64,000 nucleotides of DNA from Acidobacteriota bacterium (lineage in GTDB: Bacteria; Acidobacteriota; UBA6911; RPQK01; JADFOI01), in contig OY760074.1 of assembly GCA_963663035.1 (NCBI GenBank), positions 214,358-278,357 of the forward strand, written 5' to 3'. Below are positions 28,091 to 38,318 of the stretch, piece by piece. Below the pieces are notes generated by a model, which made no database searches, was not told the origin of the DNA, and saw only the letters and a list, made by a program, of their open reading frames with translations. Numbering within the stretch: the stretch's first letter is position 1; each line of letters starts with the position of its first letter. The position numbers and the translations under genes are program-made.

Positions 28091-29729
28091 CCCGGATTAT
28101 TCATAAATTCTGAAGAAGGGGTCTGATCGAGGGCACAAAAAGATGCCGTACCTCTTTGATATAAAAGGGGTTATGAAACAACTCCAAACCAAAAAGGTAC
28201 GGCCCAGCGATGCATCAGTCTGCCAGATCAACTTGCCATCTCACCCTGACAGAAAAGTGGTGGCTCGATTCGATGGAGGCCGGCTCTCCTCCGATGCCGG
28301 GCTGCTGTGTCTGTACGCCCTGGATCAACAGCACGGACTGACGGCTGGCTTTGCCTCCTGCCTGAAGGACGCTCGAGATAGCCGCTACGTCCGCCACCAG
28401 ATTCGCGAACTGCTCACCCAGCGCAGCTTTCAGATCGTGGCCGGCTATGAGGACTGCAACGATGCCGACAGCTTGCGCTCGGATCCCATCTTCAAGACCG
28501 TGTGTGATCGGCTGCCGGAAAGCGATCCGGATCTGGCTTCTCAACCCACGCTGTCGCGACTGGAGAACTCGGTGGACTCGAAGGATCTCACTCGCCTGGG
28601 ACAGTGGCTGCTGGAGACCTACTTGAAGCACCGCAAGAAGAGCCGGCCCGAGAAGATCATCCTGGACATCGACAGCACGGATGACGTCACGCATGGGCAG
28701 CAGGAGTTCAGCTTTTACCACGGCTATTATCGCGAGCACATGTATCATCCGCTGCTGCTATTCGATGGCGAGACGGGCGATCTGGTATGTGCGCTACTGC
28801 GGCCCGGCAACCAGGGGGCGGCCGCCCACGCGGTGGCGGTTCTCAAACGGGTGGTGGCCCGGATGCGCCAGGTTCTGGGATCCGATGTTCCGATCGAAGT
28901 GCGAGCCGACAGTGGCTTTGCGACGCCGGCACTGTACGAGTTCTGTGAGGAGGAAAAACTGCAGTATGTGGTGGGCTTTGCCCGCAACTCCCGGCTGGCG
29001 GCCACCGTCGAGCCCTTGGTTGAGCAGGTGCAAGCAGACTATGACGACTCAGGAGAAAAGCAACGCCAGTTCACCGAGCTCGTCTATCAGGCCGACAGTT
29101 GGGACCGGGAGCGGCGCATGGTGGCCAAGGTGGAAGTGAGCGAGCGCGGGTTCAACCGTCGCTTTGTGGTCACCAACCGCCAGGATCTCACGGCCGGGCA
29201 GCTGTATGACCACTACATCGGACGGGGCCAGTGCGAGAACTTCGTGAAAGCTTTCAAAAAAGATCTGGCCATGGATCGCTTGAGCTGCCACCGTTTCCTG
29301 GCCAACCAGTTCCGACTCTTCATCCACGCCCTGGCCTATGTCTTAATCCTGCGCCTGCGGGATTACCTGTGCGGGACTCCCTGGCACAACCTGGAGATTG
29401 AGACGCTCCGCCGCCGCCTGTTCAAAATCGGTGCCCGGGTTCGGGAAACTTCTCGTCGCATCTGGGTGCACCTGGCATCGTCTTATCCCGAACAAAAGCT
29501 CTTCGCATTACTGATGCACCGTCTGTGTCCCACCTGACGGTCCCCTGACTCCCTGCGCCAACACAGATATACAGCCCCCTGCGGGCCGAGCTGTTTCCGG
29601 AAGGGGCTCTCGCTTCATCTCTATTCGGCTCAACAAGCTTGGACGCCTTGTAATCGCACCTGAACACACTCTCAGCCCTGAACTTCCGCAGAAAATCGAC
29701 ACTCACCCCAAACTTATGAATAATTGCGG
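28091..29729 (+). mobile_element. Insertion sequence, IS4-superfamily (best fit IS1380 family), copy 2, 1639 bp, flanked by CTAG/CTAG
   Basis: Same IRs and ORFs as copy 1. CTAG at 28087-28090 and 29730-29733. Inserted in the yfhO-like gene. Confidence 0.8.
28143..29537 (+). CDS. DDE transposase (identical to 20016-21410)
   Basis: Protein identical over 464 aa. Confidence 0.85.
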   Translation: MPYLFDIKGVMKQLQTKKVRPSDASVCQINLPSHPDRKVVARFDGGRLSSDAGLLCLYALDQQHGLTAGFASCLKDARDSRYVRHQIRELLTQRSFQIVAGYEDCNDADSLRSDPIFKTVCDRLPESDPDLASQPTLSRLENSVDSKDLTRLGQWLLETYLKHRKKSRPEKIILDIDSTDDVTHGQQEFSFYHGYYREHMYHPLLLFDGETGDLVCALLRPGNQGAAAHAVAVLKRVVARMRQVLGSDVPIEVRADSGFATPALYEFCEEEKLQYVVGFARNSRLAATVEPLVEQVQADYDDSGEKQRQFTELVYQADSWDRERRMVAKVEVSERGFNRRFVVTNRQDLTAGQLYDHYIGRGQCENFVKAFKKDLAMDRLSCHRFLANQFRLFIHALAYVLILRLRDYLCGTPWHNLEIETLRRRLFKIGARVRETSRRIWVHLASSYPEQKLFALLMHRLCPT

Positions 29730-30432
29730 CTAGGGCTGCGGCTCCCACATACATGCTGCCCAATCCCAGCACCAGCCGTGGTCGTTCCCGTGCCCGGATA
29801 AGACGAAGCCCGCTATAGAGCCCGGCGGCGATAGCCGTGTAAAACACATACTGGGGATGGCCGGCAAGAATCTGCATGGTGATGGCAAACATACCCATCA
29901 GACACCAGGTGAAGGAACGTTCTTGGAGCAGGCCATCAATGGCCAGAAAGAGCAGTGGTGCCCATACCATGGCGCAGAGATTGGGGAGGTGCCCGGCAGA
30001 GACATGCAGGAAATAGGGACCGGAGAACATAAAGAGGATGGATGAAAGGAGGCAAGCTGCTGGATGAAGCCCCCGGTGAAAGGTCCAGAGATAGATAAAC
30101 AGCCCGGCCAGGAACACATGCAGCGCAATGCTCACATTAATTGCCTTGGCAAGCGGCAGCACCAGATACACCCAGTTGGGTGGATAGAGCAAGGCGGACT
30201 GAAAGCCTCCAAAGTATGGCATCCCCGAAAAGATGTGCGGATTCCACAGGGCCAGGTTGCCTTGGCCCAGCTGGCTGAAACCAAACTCGCGCCAATAGAC
30301 GAACTGCGAGGACAGGTCGGTGCCCAATTGGGAGAGAATCACCTCTTTCGACGTGAACAGCACATCGACGAACATGAGAAGCGTCAATCCAAAGAGAACC
30401 AGAAGAGCCAGTAGGAAAGTTTTCTCTCGCAT
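29730..30432 (-). pseudogene. YfhO-family membrane protein gene, N-terminal part
   Basis: MREKTFLLALLVLFGL...DLSSQFVYWREFGFSQ...NPHIFSGMPYFGG is the characteristic YfhO N-terminus. The ORF-track extension to 29422 reads into the IS. Confidence 0.6.
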
Positions 30433-30474
30433 GTGTCTCTCAAAGCCGGAGTTGCCTCCGACGCGCTTGAAACT

Positions 30475-32181
30475 TTAAAAATGAATATATTTTTCTATTT
30501 CCAGAGCACTGACTGTGGGCAGATGGATGGGTTGGCTGGTACGGTGGAAAATAAGCACTCCCTGAGTAAAAGGATCGTCGACTTCAATCGGAGCAAAGAT
30601 CCTCCAGGGAATCTCGGGTCGGGTTAAATTAGCCCATAGGACAGGAAGGACGGCTTCCAGCTCATATCCGCCCTCGCCATAGATGGCCGCCAACAACTGA
30701 GAAGATCGCTCGGGTGAGCGGCCCCCCACAATCACGTAATCGGGAACCGTGTTTTCCCAAAAGAGATCTGCCCTCAACTCCGCTGCATGCTTCTTGGCAA
30801 AGGGTGCCTGGTTGGTTAAAAGCCCGCAGAATTTGTGTTCGGGATTGTGATGTATCTGGATCGTATTCAAAGCTGTGGGTATGATGAAGATACAGTCCTC
30901 GGGTGAAATCTCTTCTTGAATGAAATGGCTGATCGCTTCACTGCCCGTAGTGTAATCATTCATCACCTCTCCAACATACTGCAGCAGACGTGAGTGCAAA
31001 CCGATCCGGCCGAAGAAGTTAAAGGTCAGCACATTACTCGACAGGAGAATAACCAGGAAAAGTTCGGGCAGACCGCGAAAGCGCGTTTTGCTCAGCAGCT
31101 CGTAAATCCTGGCTGCCACAGCAGCACTGATGGGGATGAGGAGAACATAATAGCGCATGTCTGTATCGGTGGCCGTCGAATCAGGGGTTTGAAGGGAAAC
31201 GAGTGACACTGCAGTGATGATCCCCATGCCATAAGCCAATGTCAGGAGGATGCTCCTGAGGTGGTTTATTTCCGCTCTGCCCAGCGCGGCGGCTCCCACG
31301 GCTCCGAAAAGCAGCATGCCCACCGGAAAAAACTCAAAGCGAACAGCGTCGCGCGGCACCATGAACATGAGACGAAAAAACTTGCTCACATGGTCAGTCA
31401 TTCCTGACTCCAATACTTGCCCCATCACATGGTCGTTGCGGAGACCCACCCAGGTCGCTGATACCACTCCCACCAGAATAATCACAGCTAGAAAAATCAG
31501 ATTCCTCCTATTGCGGTATCTCTCGCGCAGCAGACTGATGATAATGACGGCCACGGCCCCGCCAGCATAAAGATATTGGCTCAAGACCAGTAAGCAGAGG
31601 AACAGGGTTCCCAGCAGGATCCACCAACGGTATTTTCGGACACGAGGAAGGGCAGCCCACACCCACAGAAGGCCGGCGAAAAACGTGAGGCCCAGGGCGT
31701 AGTAGCGAAGCTGGCGGATATATAAGAGGTAAGGGACCGACAGAGCAAGAATCAGGGCCACCATCCAATATTCATCACTGTCAAACTCGTGCTTGAACCA
31801 GGCTGCCAGGAGGGGAATCGAAAAGAGCCCAATGAGTACAAACAGAGCGCGCCCTCCCGCGGCACTGTCTCCAAAAATCTTCTGGCTCAGACCAGCCACA
31901 AGGTATTGTAAAGGAGGCGAGTGGGTGTTGATCATGTCTTCATTGACCCACCCCATCATCCCGTAGGCCATCAGGTTTCGTCCGTCCCACCCCACCATCT
32001 GGCCGGTCTCCATGAGATTGCGACCGTACACCGAGGTGAAAGCTTCATCGTCCCAGAAATCGTTATTTCCCAGGCCCCAAAAAGCCAGCAGTCCGGCCAG
32101 CACAGTCAAAAAGACGACAGCTCGCTTTCGGTTCAACGGCCCGTTCCACCCCAGCCTTTGTTCAGGAATTTCCTGCTCCAA
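30475..32181 (-). CDS. GT39/GT83-like (PMT_2, ArnT-like) lipid-linked-sugar glycosyltransferase
   Basis: 568 aa, about 12 TM helices. N-terminal DDEAF...periplasmic loop architecture of ArnT/PMT family. Confidence 0.6.
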   Translation of the reverse strand: MEQEIPEQRLGWNGPLNRKRAVVFLTVLAGLLAFWGLGNNDFWDDEAFTSVYGRNLMETGQMVGWDGRNLMAYGMMGWVNEDMINTHSPPLQYLVAGLSQKIFGDSAAGGRALFVLIGLFSIPLLAAWFKHEFDSDEYWMVALILALSVPYLLYIRQLRYYALGLTFFAGLLWVWAALPRVRKYRWWILLGTLFLCLLVLSQYLYAGGAVAVIIISLLRERYRNRRNLIFLAVIILVGVVSATWVGLRNDHVMGQVLESGMTDHVSKFFRLMFMVPRDAVRFEFFPVGMLLFGAVGAAALGRAEINHLRSILLTLAYGMGIITAVSLVSLQTPDSTATDTDMRYYVLLIPISAAVAARIYELLSKTRFRGLPELFLVILLSSNVLTFNFFGRIGLHSRLLQYVGEVMNDYTTGSEAISHFIQEEISPEDCIFIIPTALNTIQIHHNPEHKFCGLLTNQAPFAKKHAAELRADLFWENTVPDYVIVGGRSPERSSQLLAAIYGEGGYELEAVLPVLWANLTRPEIPWRIFAPIEVDDPFTQGVLIFHRTSQPIHLPTVSALEIEKYIHF

Positions 32182-32188
32182 ACTTGAG

Positions 32189-33355
32189 CTAGCTCCTTAT
32201 AGCCTCTCTCAGGGCAGTGGCCGTGTACTCCCCGTCCTCTTCGCTGAAGTCGTGAAAGAGAGGCAGGAGGATGCATTGCTCCTGGGCCCGTTCGGACTCG
32301 GGCAACGGCAGGGGCAGGGGATTATTTGCATAGGCCTCTTCGCGGTGAGCGCACATGATTCCCCGGCGCGTGGAGATGCCACAGTCGAGCAACACTTGCA
32401 TCACCTCCTGCTGGACACAGCCTTCTGGTAAACGCACACAGTAACTTTGCCAGTTGCTGCGCGCCCAGGAAGGCTCCTCTGGCAGCAGCAGTCCGGGGAT
32501 GTCGCCCAAAAGTTCTCGATACCGATCGGCCAGAGAGCGACGCTGCTTGACGAGATCGCTCACCTTCTTGAGCTGTTCGCGACCCACCGCAGCCTGAATG
32601 TCAGTCAAGCTGTACTTGTAGCCGAGAGCCGGGTAGGTTTCAAAAATGACCTTGTTGGAATCGTGTCGCACTGCGTCGGACACGCTCATTCCATGCTGGC
32701 GCCAGTGGCGAAACTTTTCGTCCCACTGACCGCGAGAGGTGGTCAGCATGCCACCATCACCCGTTGTGATGAGTTTACGGGGATGAAAGGAAAAGCAGGC
32801 AATGTCTCCATGGGGCTTCCCGATCTTTTCCCAATTACCCTCCTCCAGGATTTCGCTGCCGACGGCACAGGCGGCATCCTCGATCACCGGAAGGGAATGG
32901 CGCTGGGCAATCTGGAGAATCGCTTTCAAGTCGCACGGCATCCCCATTTGATGGACACACAGGATGGCTCGGGTACGGTCCGTTATCGCTTCCCCTAGGA
33001 CCTCTGGGTCCATGTTAAAGGTACCGGGCTGAATGTCCACAAAGACTGGTGTGGCTCCGCAGTAGCGGATGCTGTTGGCGGTGGCGATGAAGGAATGGCT
33101 GACGGTGATGACCTCATCGCCCGGCTGGACGCCGACCGCCAATAGGGCCAGATGCAGGGCGCCGGTGCAGCTGGAGACGGCGCAGGCGTATGGGCTTCCT
33201 ACCAGTACGGCAAATTCCTGCTCGAATGCGGCCACCTCAGGACCCTGGGTCACCCAAGCTGAGAGGATGGGACGGCTTGACGCCTGCACCTCCGCCTCAT
33301 CCAGCCACGGCTTGGAGAGGGGAATGCTGCGGGTCTTATGACTGCTTTTCGACAT
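32189..33355 (-). CDS. DegT/DnrJ/EryC1/StrS-family PLP-dependent sugar aminotransferase (ArnB-like)
   Basis: 388 aa. LDEAEVQA...TSCTGALHLAL...SFHPRKLITTGDGGM (PLP-lysine region) is typical of DegT/ArnB. Confidence 0.8.
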   Translation of the reverse strand: MSKSSHKTRSIPLSKPWLDEAEVQASSRPILSAWVTQGPEVAAFEQEFAVLVGSPYACAVSSCTGALHLALLAVGVQPGDEVITVSHSFIATANSIRYCGATPVFVDIQPGTFNMDPEVLGEAITDRTRAILCVHQMGMPCDLKAILQIAQRHSLPVIEDAACAVGSEILEEGNWEKIGKPHGDIACFSFHPRKLITTGDGGMLTTSRGQWDEKFRHWRQHGMSVSDAVRHDSNKVIFETYPALGYKYSLTDIQAAVGREQLKKVSDLVKQRRSLADRYRELLGDIPGLLLPEEPSWARSNWQSYCVRLPEGCVQQEVMQVLLDCGISTRRGIMCAHREEAYANNPLPLPLPESERAQEQCILLPLFHDFSEEDGEYTATALREAIRS

Positions 33356-34357
33356 CTAAAGCTTCCATTTCCAGTTGTAAAGAATTTCTTGCTCTAACAA
33401 CTCCTCTGCCGTCTTGACGCTTTCCAGATACCACTGCTCCAGGTTCATCAATCCCTGGCGCAGCGGAACACGAGGTGTATAACCCAGCATCTCACGAGCT
33501 TTGGAGGCATCCGCCCACAGGCGGGGGACATCACCGGGGCGAGGGTCGTCGAGGATGATCTGCGCATCGGATAGACCGACGACCTCAGCCACCTCCCGCG
33601 CCAAATCGACAATACGCACCTCCTTGCCTTGACCGAGATTAATGGTTTCTCCGAGTGCCTCTTTCGAGGAACCGGCCCGCAGAATCCCCCAGGCCGTATC
33701 GCTGACATAGGTGAAGTCGCGGGTCTGGGTTCCGTCGCCGAAGATTACCATCGGCTGACCCGCCATAGTGCGCAGCATGAATTTGGGGATCACCTCTCCG
33801 CAATCTCCTTCATGATGGCAGTGAGGGCCATAGGTGTTAAACGGCCGCACCACCACCGTGGGATAGTTGTAGGTTTGATGGAAGGCGCGGGTATAGCATT
33901 CTCCGGCCAGTTTCGACGCACCATAAACGGTCCTAGGGAAGGTGGGAGCCTCCTCACATTGCGGAAACCTGCGAGTTGTACCGTAGACTTCGGAACTGGA
34001 GACATACACAAATCGCTCCACTCCGACCTCTCGGGCCACCTCCAGCAGCTGCAGCGTGGCCGTTGCATTCACTTCATGGTTTTCCTGGGGAGAGTGGATG
34101 GAATGACGCACCCCCATACAGGCCAGATGGAACACTCTCTTGACTCCCTGCATGGCCTGGCGCATGCGGGATTCATCGCGGATGTCGGCGATCACCCATT
34201 CCACCTTATCGCCAGGGCAGTCGTCCAGGTTCTCGCGTTTGCCGTTGACCAGGTTGTCGACGACCGTGACGTGGGCGCCGGCCTTGACGAGCTGTCTGGT
34301 CAGCTCTGAGCCGATAAAGCCTGCGCCGCCGGTGACCAACATTCGTATATCCGCCAT
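33356..34357 (-). CDS. Extended-SDR NAD-dependent sugar-nucleotide dehydratase/decarboxylase (UDP-glucuronate decarboxylase-like)
   Basis: Start MADIRMLVTGGAGFIGS. VDNLVNGKRENL resembles UXS/ArnA-C-terminus. YGASKLAGE contains the YxxxK catalytic motif. Confidence 0.75.
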   Translation of the reverse strand: MADIRMLVTGGAGFIGSELTRQLVKAGAHVTVVDNLVNGKRENLDDCPGDKVEWVIADIRDESRMRQAMQGVKRVFHLACMGVRHSIHSPQENHEVNATATLQLLEVAREVGVERFVYVSSSEVYGTTRRFPQCEEAPTFPRTVYGASKLAGECYTRAFHQTYNYPTVVVRPFNTYGPHCHHEGDCGEVIPKFMLRTMAGQPMVIFGDGTQTRDFTYVSDTAWGILRAGSSKEALGETINLGQGKEVRIVDLAREVAEVVGLSDAQIILDDPRPGDVPRLWADASKAREMLGYTPRVPLRQGLMNLEQWYLESVKTAEELLEQEILYNWKWKL

Positions 34358-34400
34358 GCTGAGAATTCCCTTATCTCCACTATTGTCGCACAGTTGCCGT

Positions 34401-34601
34401 ATAGGCGGGATTATGCATAAATTGTCTACTGCAGTGCCGCAATCATCCACGCTGACTGCGTTGTGCTTCCTTGGGCTCCTCGGCGTACTGCATGAGTACG
34501 CCGAGGAGCCCGACCCGCAAGCGGGTACCCCTCGCAGGCCTTGTCATCGCGGCGCCTGCTGCACTTCGTCACGAAAATCTATGCATAACCCCGCCTCCTA
34601 G
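34401..34601. mobile_element. MITE family A, copy 3, inside the glycan locus
   Basis: ATAGGCGGGATTATGCATAAATTGTCTACTGCAGTGCCGC ... ATGCATAACCCCGCCTCCTAG. Carries a 14-bp-stem hairpin CTCCTCGGCGTACTGCATGAGTACGCCGAGGAG. Left flank is a degenerate ATAG. Confidence 0.65.
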
Positions 34602-34613
34602 GCAGGGACCCAA

Positions 34614-34640
34614 GCCGGGATTATGCATAACCCCGGCTAC
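34614..34640. repeat. Second solo IR-IR palindrome of MITE-A, immediately right of copy 3
   Basis: GCCGGGATTATGCATAACCCCGGCTAC. Indicates nested or repeated insertion at this site. Confidence 0.4.
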
Positions 34641-34644
34641 CCTT

Positions 34645-35373
34645 TTATCCGTCCGCTTTCTTCTGCAGGATCAGCATTCGATGCTTGGGTTGGGCAAGGC
34701 TTTCATGGGGAACGTCATGTTCTCCCACCAGATCCAGACCCCAGGATGCTTTCAGAAGCCGGCGGAGTGCCGGGCAGTCATAGAGGTGTGGCAGCAGGTA
34801 CATGTAGTGAATCCGTTCCCTCAGCGATGGCTCGTCGTATCGTCTGCCGTGCAGGACTTTGGCAGCGGCCAAGAGAATCGAGTCAGTCAAGGGGTTGCGC
34901 AACAGGCGAAAGGCGCGACGGAGGGACCAGAGTATGTGGTTGTAGGCGCAGGTATAGGGAATCGTTGCTACCAGCTTGCCTCCCGCAACCAGATCGGAGT
35001 TGATTTTCCCGAAGAGTGTTGCCTGAGGTGCATCGATATTCTGGAGAGTGGAGTCCGAGACGATCAGATCAAAAGGTGTGGCCTCGAAGTGCAGATAGTC
35101 GGCCACTTCGAATGTCAACCGTTCCTGGCCTGGCTGAGCACGGGCATACTCCGTTGCCCGCTGGATATTCATCTCACCAATATCGATCCCGGTGAGATGA
35201 GCATTGGGTAGAGCCTTGGCCAGGTCCAACAGCTGCCGGCCGGTTCCACATCCCAGATCCAGGACGCGGAGAGATCGCTGGGCGTCCACATAGGGGAGAA
35301 GGAGTTCCGTTGTTTGACGGCACCGGTCCTGAGGAGCCGTAAATGTCTTGTCCAGGAAATCCTCTCTCGCCAT
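34645..35373 (-). CDS. Class I SAM-dependent methyltransferase
   Basis: Start MAREDFLDK (ATG overlaps the upstream TGA by 1 nt). VLDLGCGTG motif I. Confidence 0.65.
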   Translation of the reverse strand: MAREDFLDKTFTAPQDRCRQTTELLLPYVDAQRSLRVLDLGCGTGRQLLDLAKALPNAHLTGIDIGEMNIQRATEYARAQPGQERLTFEVADYLHFEATPFDLIVSDSTLQNIDAPQATLFGKINSDLVAGGKLVATIPYTCAYNHILWSLRRAFRLLRNPLTDSILLAAAKVLHGRRYDEPSLRERIHYMYLLPHLYDCPALRRLLKASWGLDLVGEHDVPHESLAQPKHRMLILQKKADG

Positions 35374-36533
35374 CAACTCGCTCGATTGACTTTCGTCTTT
35401 TCGAAGGCTCGCTCCAGCACTTCCCCGGGTGTGCTCCAGAGATAGCGATCCGAATCGGACACATAGTCGAGAAAACGCCGGTAGGCGTCCAGGGCAGGTG
35501 CGTTGCCGGAGAATCGGGCTTCGCAATGGGTCAGCAGCACAACCACGCCTCCTGCACGGGAGATGGCCTCCCCACAGCGGATCCAGAAGTCGAGGGACTG
35601 GTTTGGAGAATAACCCAGAGCCTTGAGACTTCCGTCCCGAGGAAGGCTTATGGGAATCTCGACAATGCCTTCGATCTGAAAAGGTCGGGCGCTGGAACAA
35701 CCGTTGTTGGGAACCGGAAAGAGCCCTCCAGATGTGGGTATGCTGGAGTCATAGCGGTAGAATTCCCGGAGGGATTTGAGCAGGCTGGGGGTGCGCAGCA
35801 GAGATGGGGAACGATAACCGATGATGTCATACCGCCCGATGAGCTCGCTTGCTCCTTGCAGTCTTTCTCTTTGCTGGTCGGGATCGCAGAAGGCCGTACG
35901 GTTGGCATGGTCGTGCCCGTGGATTCCGACCTCGTGTCCCCGATGCTTCAGCTCGTCCAGCAAAGCATAATCGATCGGCCAGCCGCAGGGCACAATATAG
36001 CTGCTGGAGCGGGCGCCCACCTTCTCCTCTAAATCGAGAAACTTTCTCACAACGTTCTCCAGGCCTTCGAGTGAATCCAGGTCGTGAGAGAGCAGAACCG
36101 GTGTGGGACCCGAGCGGAAGGGTGATGGCTCACTCCCACACAGATCGGACAGGAAGTCGACGCTCAAATCCAGGGGCCACCTGGGAAAAGTTGCCCAGCG
36201 CTCTGAGTGCCGACGCTTCCAGCGTCCAATCACCAAGGCTACCAGGCTGCGAAGCCTGGCCGGTACCATCTGGTAGGAAACCGGCAGTCGGGAGGAGACT
36301 GGCTGGTGGGGAGTATAGGCCGCCCGTGATCTCAAATCCTGGATATCTCGAGGGTTAATGGGAGGGATCTCCGCTGGGATGGTCAAGTTGTCATCCGCGT
36401 CGAGGTTATCAATGAGCCCGCTTTTCTCCAGTGTGGACCGAGGGAGAGACACCTGCATGCCCTCTGCCCAGGCGACAGGCGAATCGGCTGGGACCTCTCT
36501 GATTCGCACGGGAATCAGCCTCTCAATGTCCAC
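35373..36533 (-). CDS. Polysaccharide deacetylase (CE4/NodB) family, ArnD-like
   Basis: YIVPCG...GHEVGIHGHDH motifs. Start uncertain (GTG 36533 or ATG 36458). The ORF-track start at 36659 overlaps the upstream gene. Confidence 0.6.
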   Translation of the reverse strand: MDIERLIPVRIREVPADSPVAWAEGMQVSLPRSTLEKSGLIDNLDADDNLTIPAEIPPINPRDIQDLRSRAAYTPHQPVSSRLPVSYQMVPARLRSLVALVIGRWKRRHSERWATFPRWPLDLSVDFLSDLCGSEPSPFRSGPTPVLLSHDLDSLEGLENVVRKFLDLEEKVGARSSSYIVPCGWPIDYALLDELKHRGHEVGIHGHDHANRTAFCDPDQQRERLQGASELIGRYDIIGYRSPSLLRTPSLLKSLREFYRYDSSIPTSGGLFPVPNNGCSSARPFQIEGIVEIPISLPRDGSLKALGYSPNQSLDFWIRCGEAISRAGGVVVLLTHCEARFSGNAPALDAYRRFLDYVSDSDRYLWSTPGEVLERAFEKTKVNRAS

Positions 36534-37557
36534 GGCTGCCTTCGGCCTCCGGGTGTGCACTTCCCTCTGTGAGAATTGAAGGGTCAGTCTTTTCGGGTTT
36601 ATGGGAGGACCTGGCCTGGTCGCTGATGAAATAGAGAGGCCGGCGAACAACCTCCGCATAGATACGGTAAAGATATTCCCCCACGATACCCATCAGGAAG
36701 CACTGGATTCCGAAGAACAGAGCCATGGTCATCATTTGGCTCGTCCACCCCAGCACCGGGTTGCCGGTCGACCAACTATAAAGCAAGTAAAGGGCTAGGA
36801 CGATGGTCAGCAGAAAGGCCACGACTCCCACCAATGTAATCAGCCTCACTGGCAGGAAAGAAAACCCGATGAAGGCATCGTACATGGTGATGACCATCTT
36901 GCTGAGAGTCCAACCGGAGACGCCGGAAACACGCCGTTTGCGGTCGTAGTCGACCACCGCCTGTTCAAAGCCTGTCCAGGCTGCCAAGGCGAAGGTAATG
37001 CGGCTGCGCTCTTGAAACTGGCGCATGCACTCAGCTACTCGCCTGTCCACAAGGAAAAAGCTGCCGGTGGTAAATTGGGATCCGTGGGGCATGGCAAACC
37101 GGCGCAGCAGTCTGTAGAACAAATTGCTGGTGAGGATTCGCCAGAATCGATCCTTTCTGCTCTGACGACGTCCCCACACGATTTGGGCTCCACCTTCCCA
37201 CTTCTTGAGGAACTCGAGAATCACTTCGGGGGGGTCCTGTAGATCGCAGGCCAGGATGGTAATGACATCTCCTTCGGCCTGGGCAAAGCCCGCACTCAGT
37301 GCGGTATGGGAACCGAAGTTTCGTGACAGTCGAATGCCCTGGAATCGGGGATCTCTCTTACAGATTTCACGAATGATCTCCCAGCTGTGGTCGTGGCTGC
37401 CATCTTCGATGAAGAGCACCTGGAAATCGTAGTCCGAGCGAGAAAGTAAGACTTCCTTGACCGACCGCTCGTAATCGGGCAGACTATCCTCCTCGTTGTA
37501 CACGGCTGTGAGGATGACGACACGAGGAGATGTGCCTCCTGGGGGGGATTTACTCAT
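36523..37557 (-). CDS. GT2-family polyprenyl-phosphate sugar transferase (ArnC/DPM1/CsbB-like)
   Basis: Start MSKSPPGGTSPRVVILTAVYNEE (ATGA overlap with the sulfotransferase stop). EDGSHD DxD-like motif. C-terminal 2 TM helices, as in ArnC/GtrB. Confidence 0.75.
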   Translation of the reverse strand: MSKSPPGGTSPRVVILTAVYNEEDSLPDYERSVKEVLLSRSDYDFQVLFIEDGSHDHSWEIIREICKRDPRFQGIRLSRNFGSHTALSAGFAQAEGDVITILACDLQDPPEVILEFLKKWEGGAQIVWGRRQSRKDRFWRILTSNLFYRLLRRFAMPHGSQFTTGSFFLVDRRVAECMRQFQERSRITFALAAWTGFEQAVVDYDRKRRVSGVSGWTLSKMVITMYDAFIGFSFLPVRLITLVGVVAFLLTIVLALYLLYSWSTGNPVLGWTSQMMTMALFFGIQCFLMGIVGEYLYRIYAEVVRRPLYFISDQARSSHKPEKTDPSILTEGSAHPEAEGSRGH

Positions 37558-38318
37558 GAAGTCTCCCACATCTGAAATTCGAGGCCCAGCAGTTCCTCCA
37601 GCTCGGAATTGGGTTGGGCATACCGATCCTGTAGCATTCTGAGGCTTTCCGCGGACAGGAGTTTTCCATTTTTCCTGGAGGGGTTACTCACTCCCACACT
37701 GGCCGCGTTCTCGGCTTGCACTGAAATCCCCAGAAACTCATACAGGCTCCGGGCCAGCTCCTGAGGCTTGGTCATGATGTCTTCATATCTGAGACAAAGG
37801 ATTTGTTCTCTGGGGAAGCGCTTGAAATAGGGGTAAAGCAGTTGCGCGTAAAGCCCGCGTGAGAAGTAGGCGTGAGGGCGAGCATAGCGCAGGTGCTCGG
37901 GAACGTCACGTTCTCGCTGCTCTTCCAGGTCCAGGGCCGTCTCAAAGTCTTCACTTTCCAATCCGTTCATGCTCGACCAAAGAAAGTTGGAGTAGGCTCG
38001 ACCAGCAGGCTCGCGCAGGATGAAAAGCAGTTTCACCCGCGGCAGATGTTGATGGATTCGCTCGGCTGCTCGGGGACTCTCCAGGTAATTGGTGCTCTTT
38101 TCGCCGGCAAGCTGTTGATCGGGTGCGTTGGAGAACCACGTTCGCTCATAGTAATGGATGCCTTTCTGGTAGATCTCATCGACAAGAAAGAACTTGGGCT
38201 CGGGCTTCACGGGTACCGCCATGTAGACCTGCGGGTGGTGAGCCAGCAGATCGTAGAGCCAGGTGGTGCCACTGCGAGGAGCACCGCCAATCAGGAAATC
38301 GGGTAAGCGTTCAGGCAC
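37554..38318 (-). CDS. Sulfotransferase family protein (PAPS-dependent)
   Basis: 254 aa. GAPRSGTTWLYDLL is the 5-prime-PSB loop. The later RxxxS region matches the Sulfotransfer_3 fold. Confidence 0.7.
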   Translation of the reverse strand: MPERLPDFLIGGAPRSGTTWLYDLLAHHPQVYMAVPVKPEPKFFLVDEIYQKGIHYYERTWFSNAPDQQLAGEKSTNYLESPRAAERIHQHLPRVKLLFILREPAGRAYSNFLWSSMNGLESEDFETALDLEEQRERDVPEHLRYARPHAYFSRGLYAQLLYPYFKRFPREQILCLRYEDIMTKPQELARSLYEFLGISVQAENAASVGVSNPSRKNGKLLSAESLRMLQDRYAQPNSELEELLGLEFQMWETS

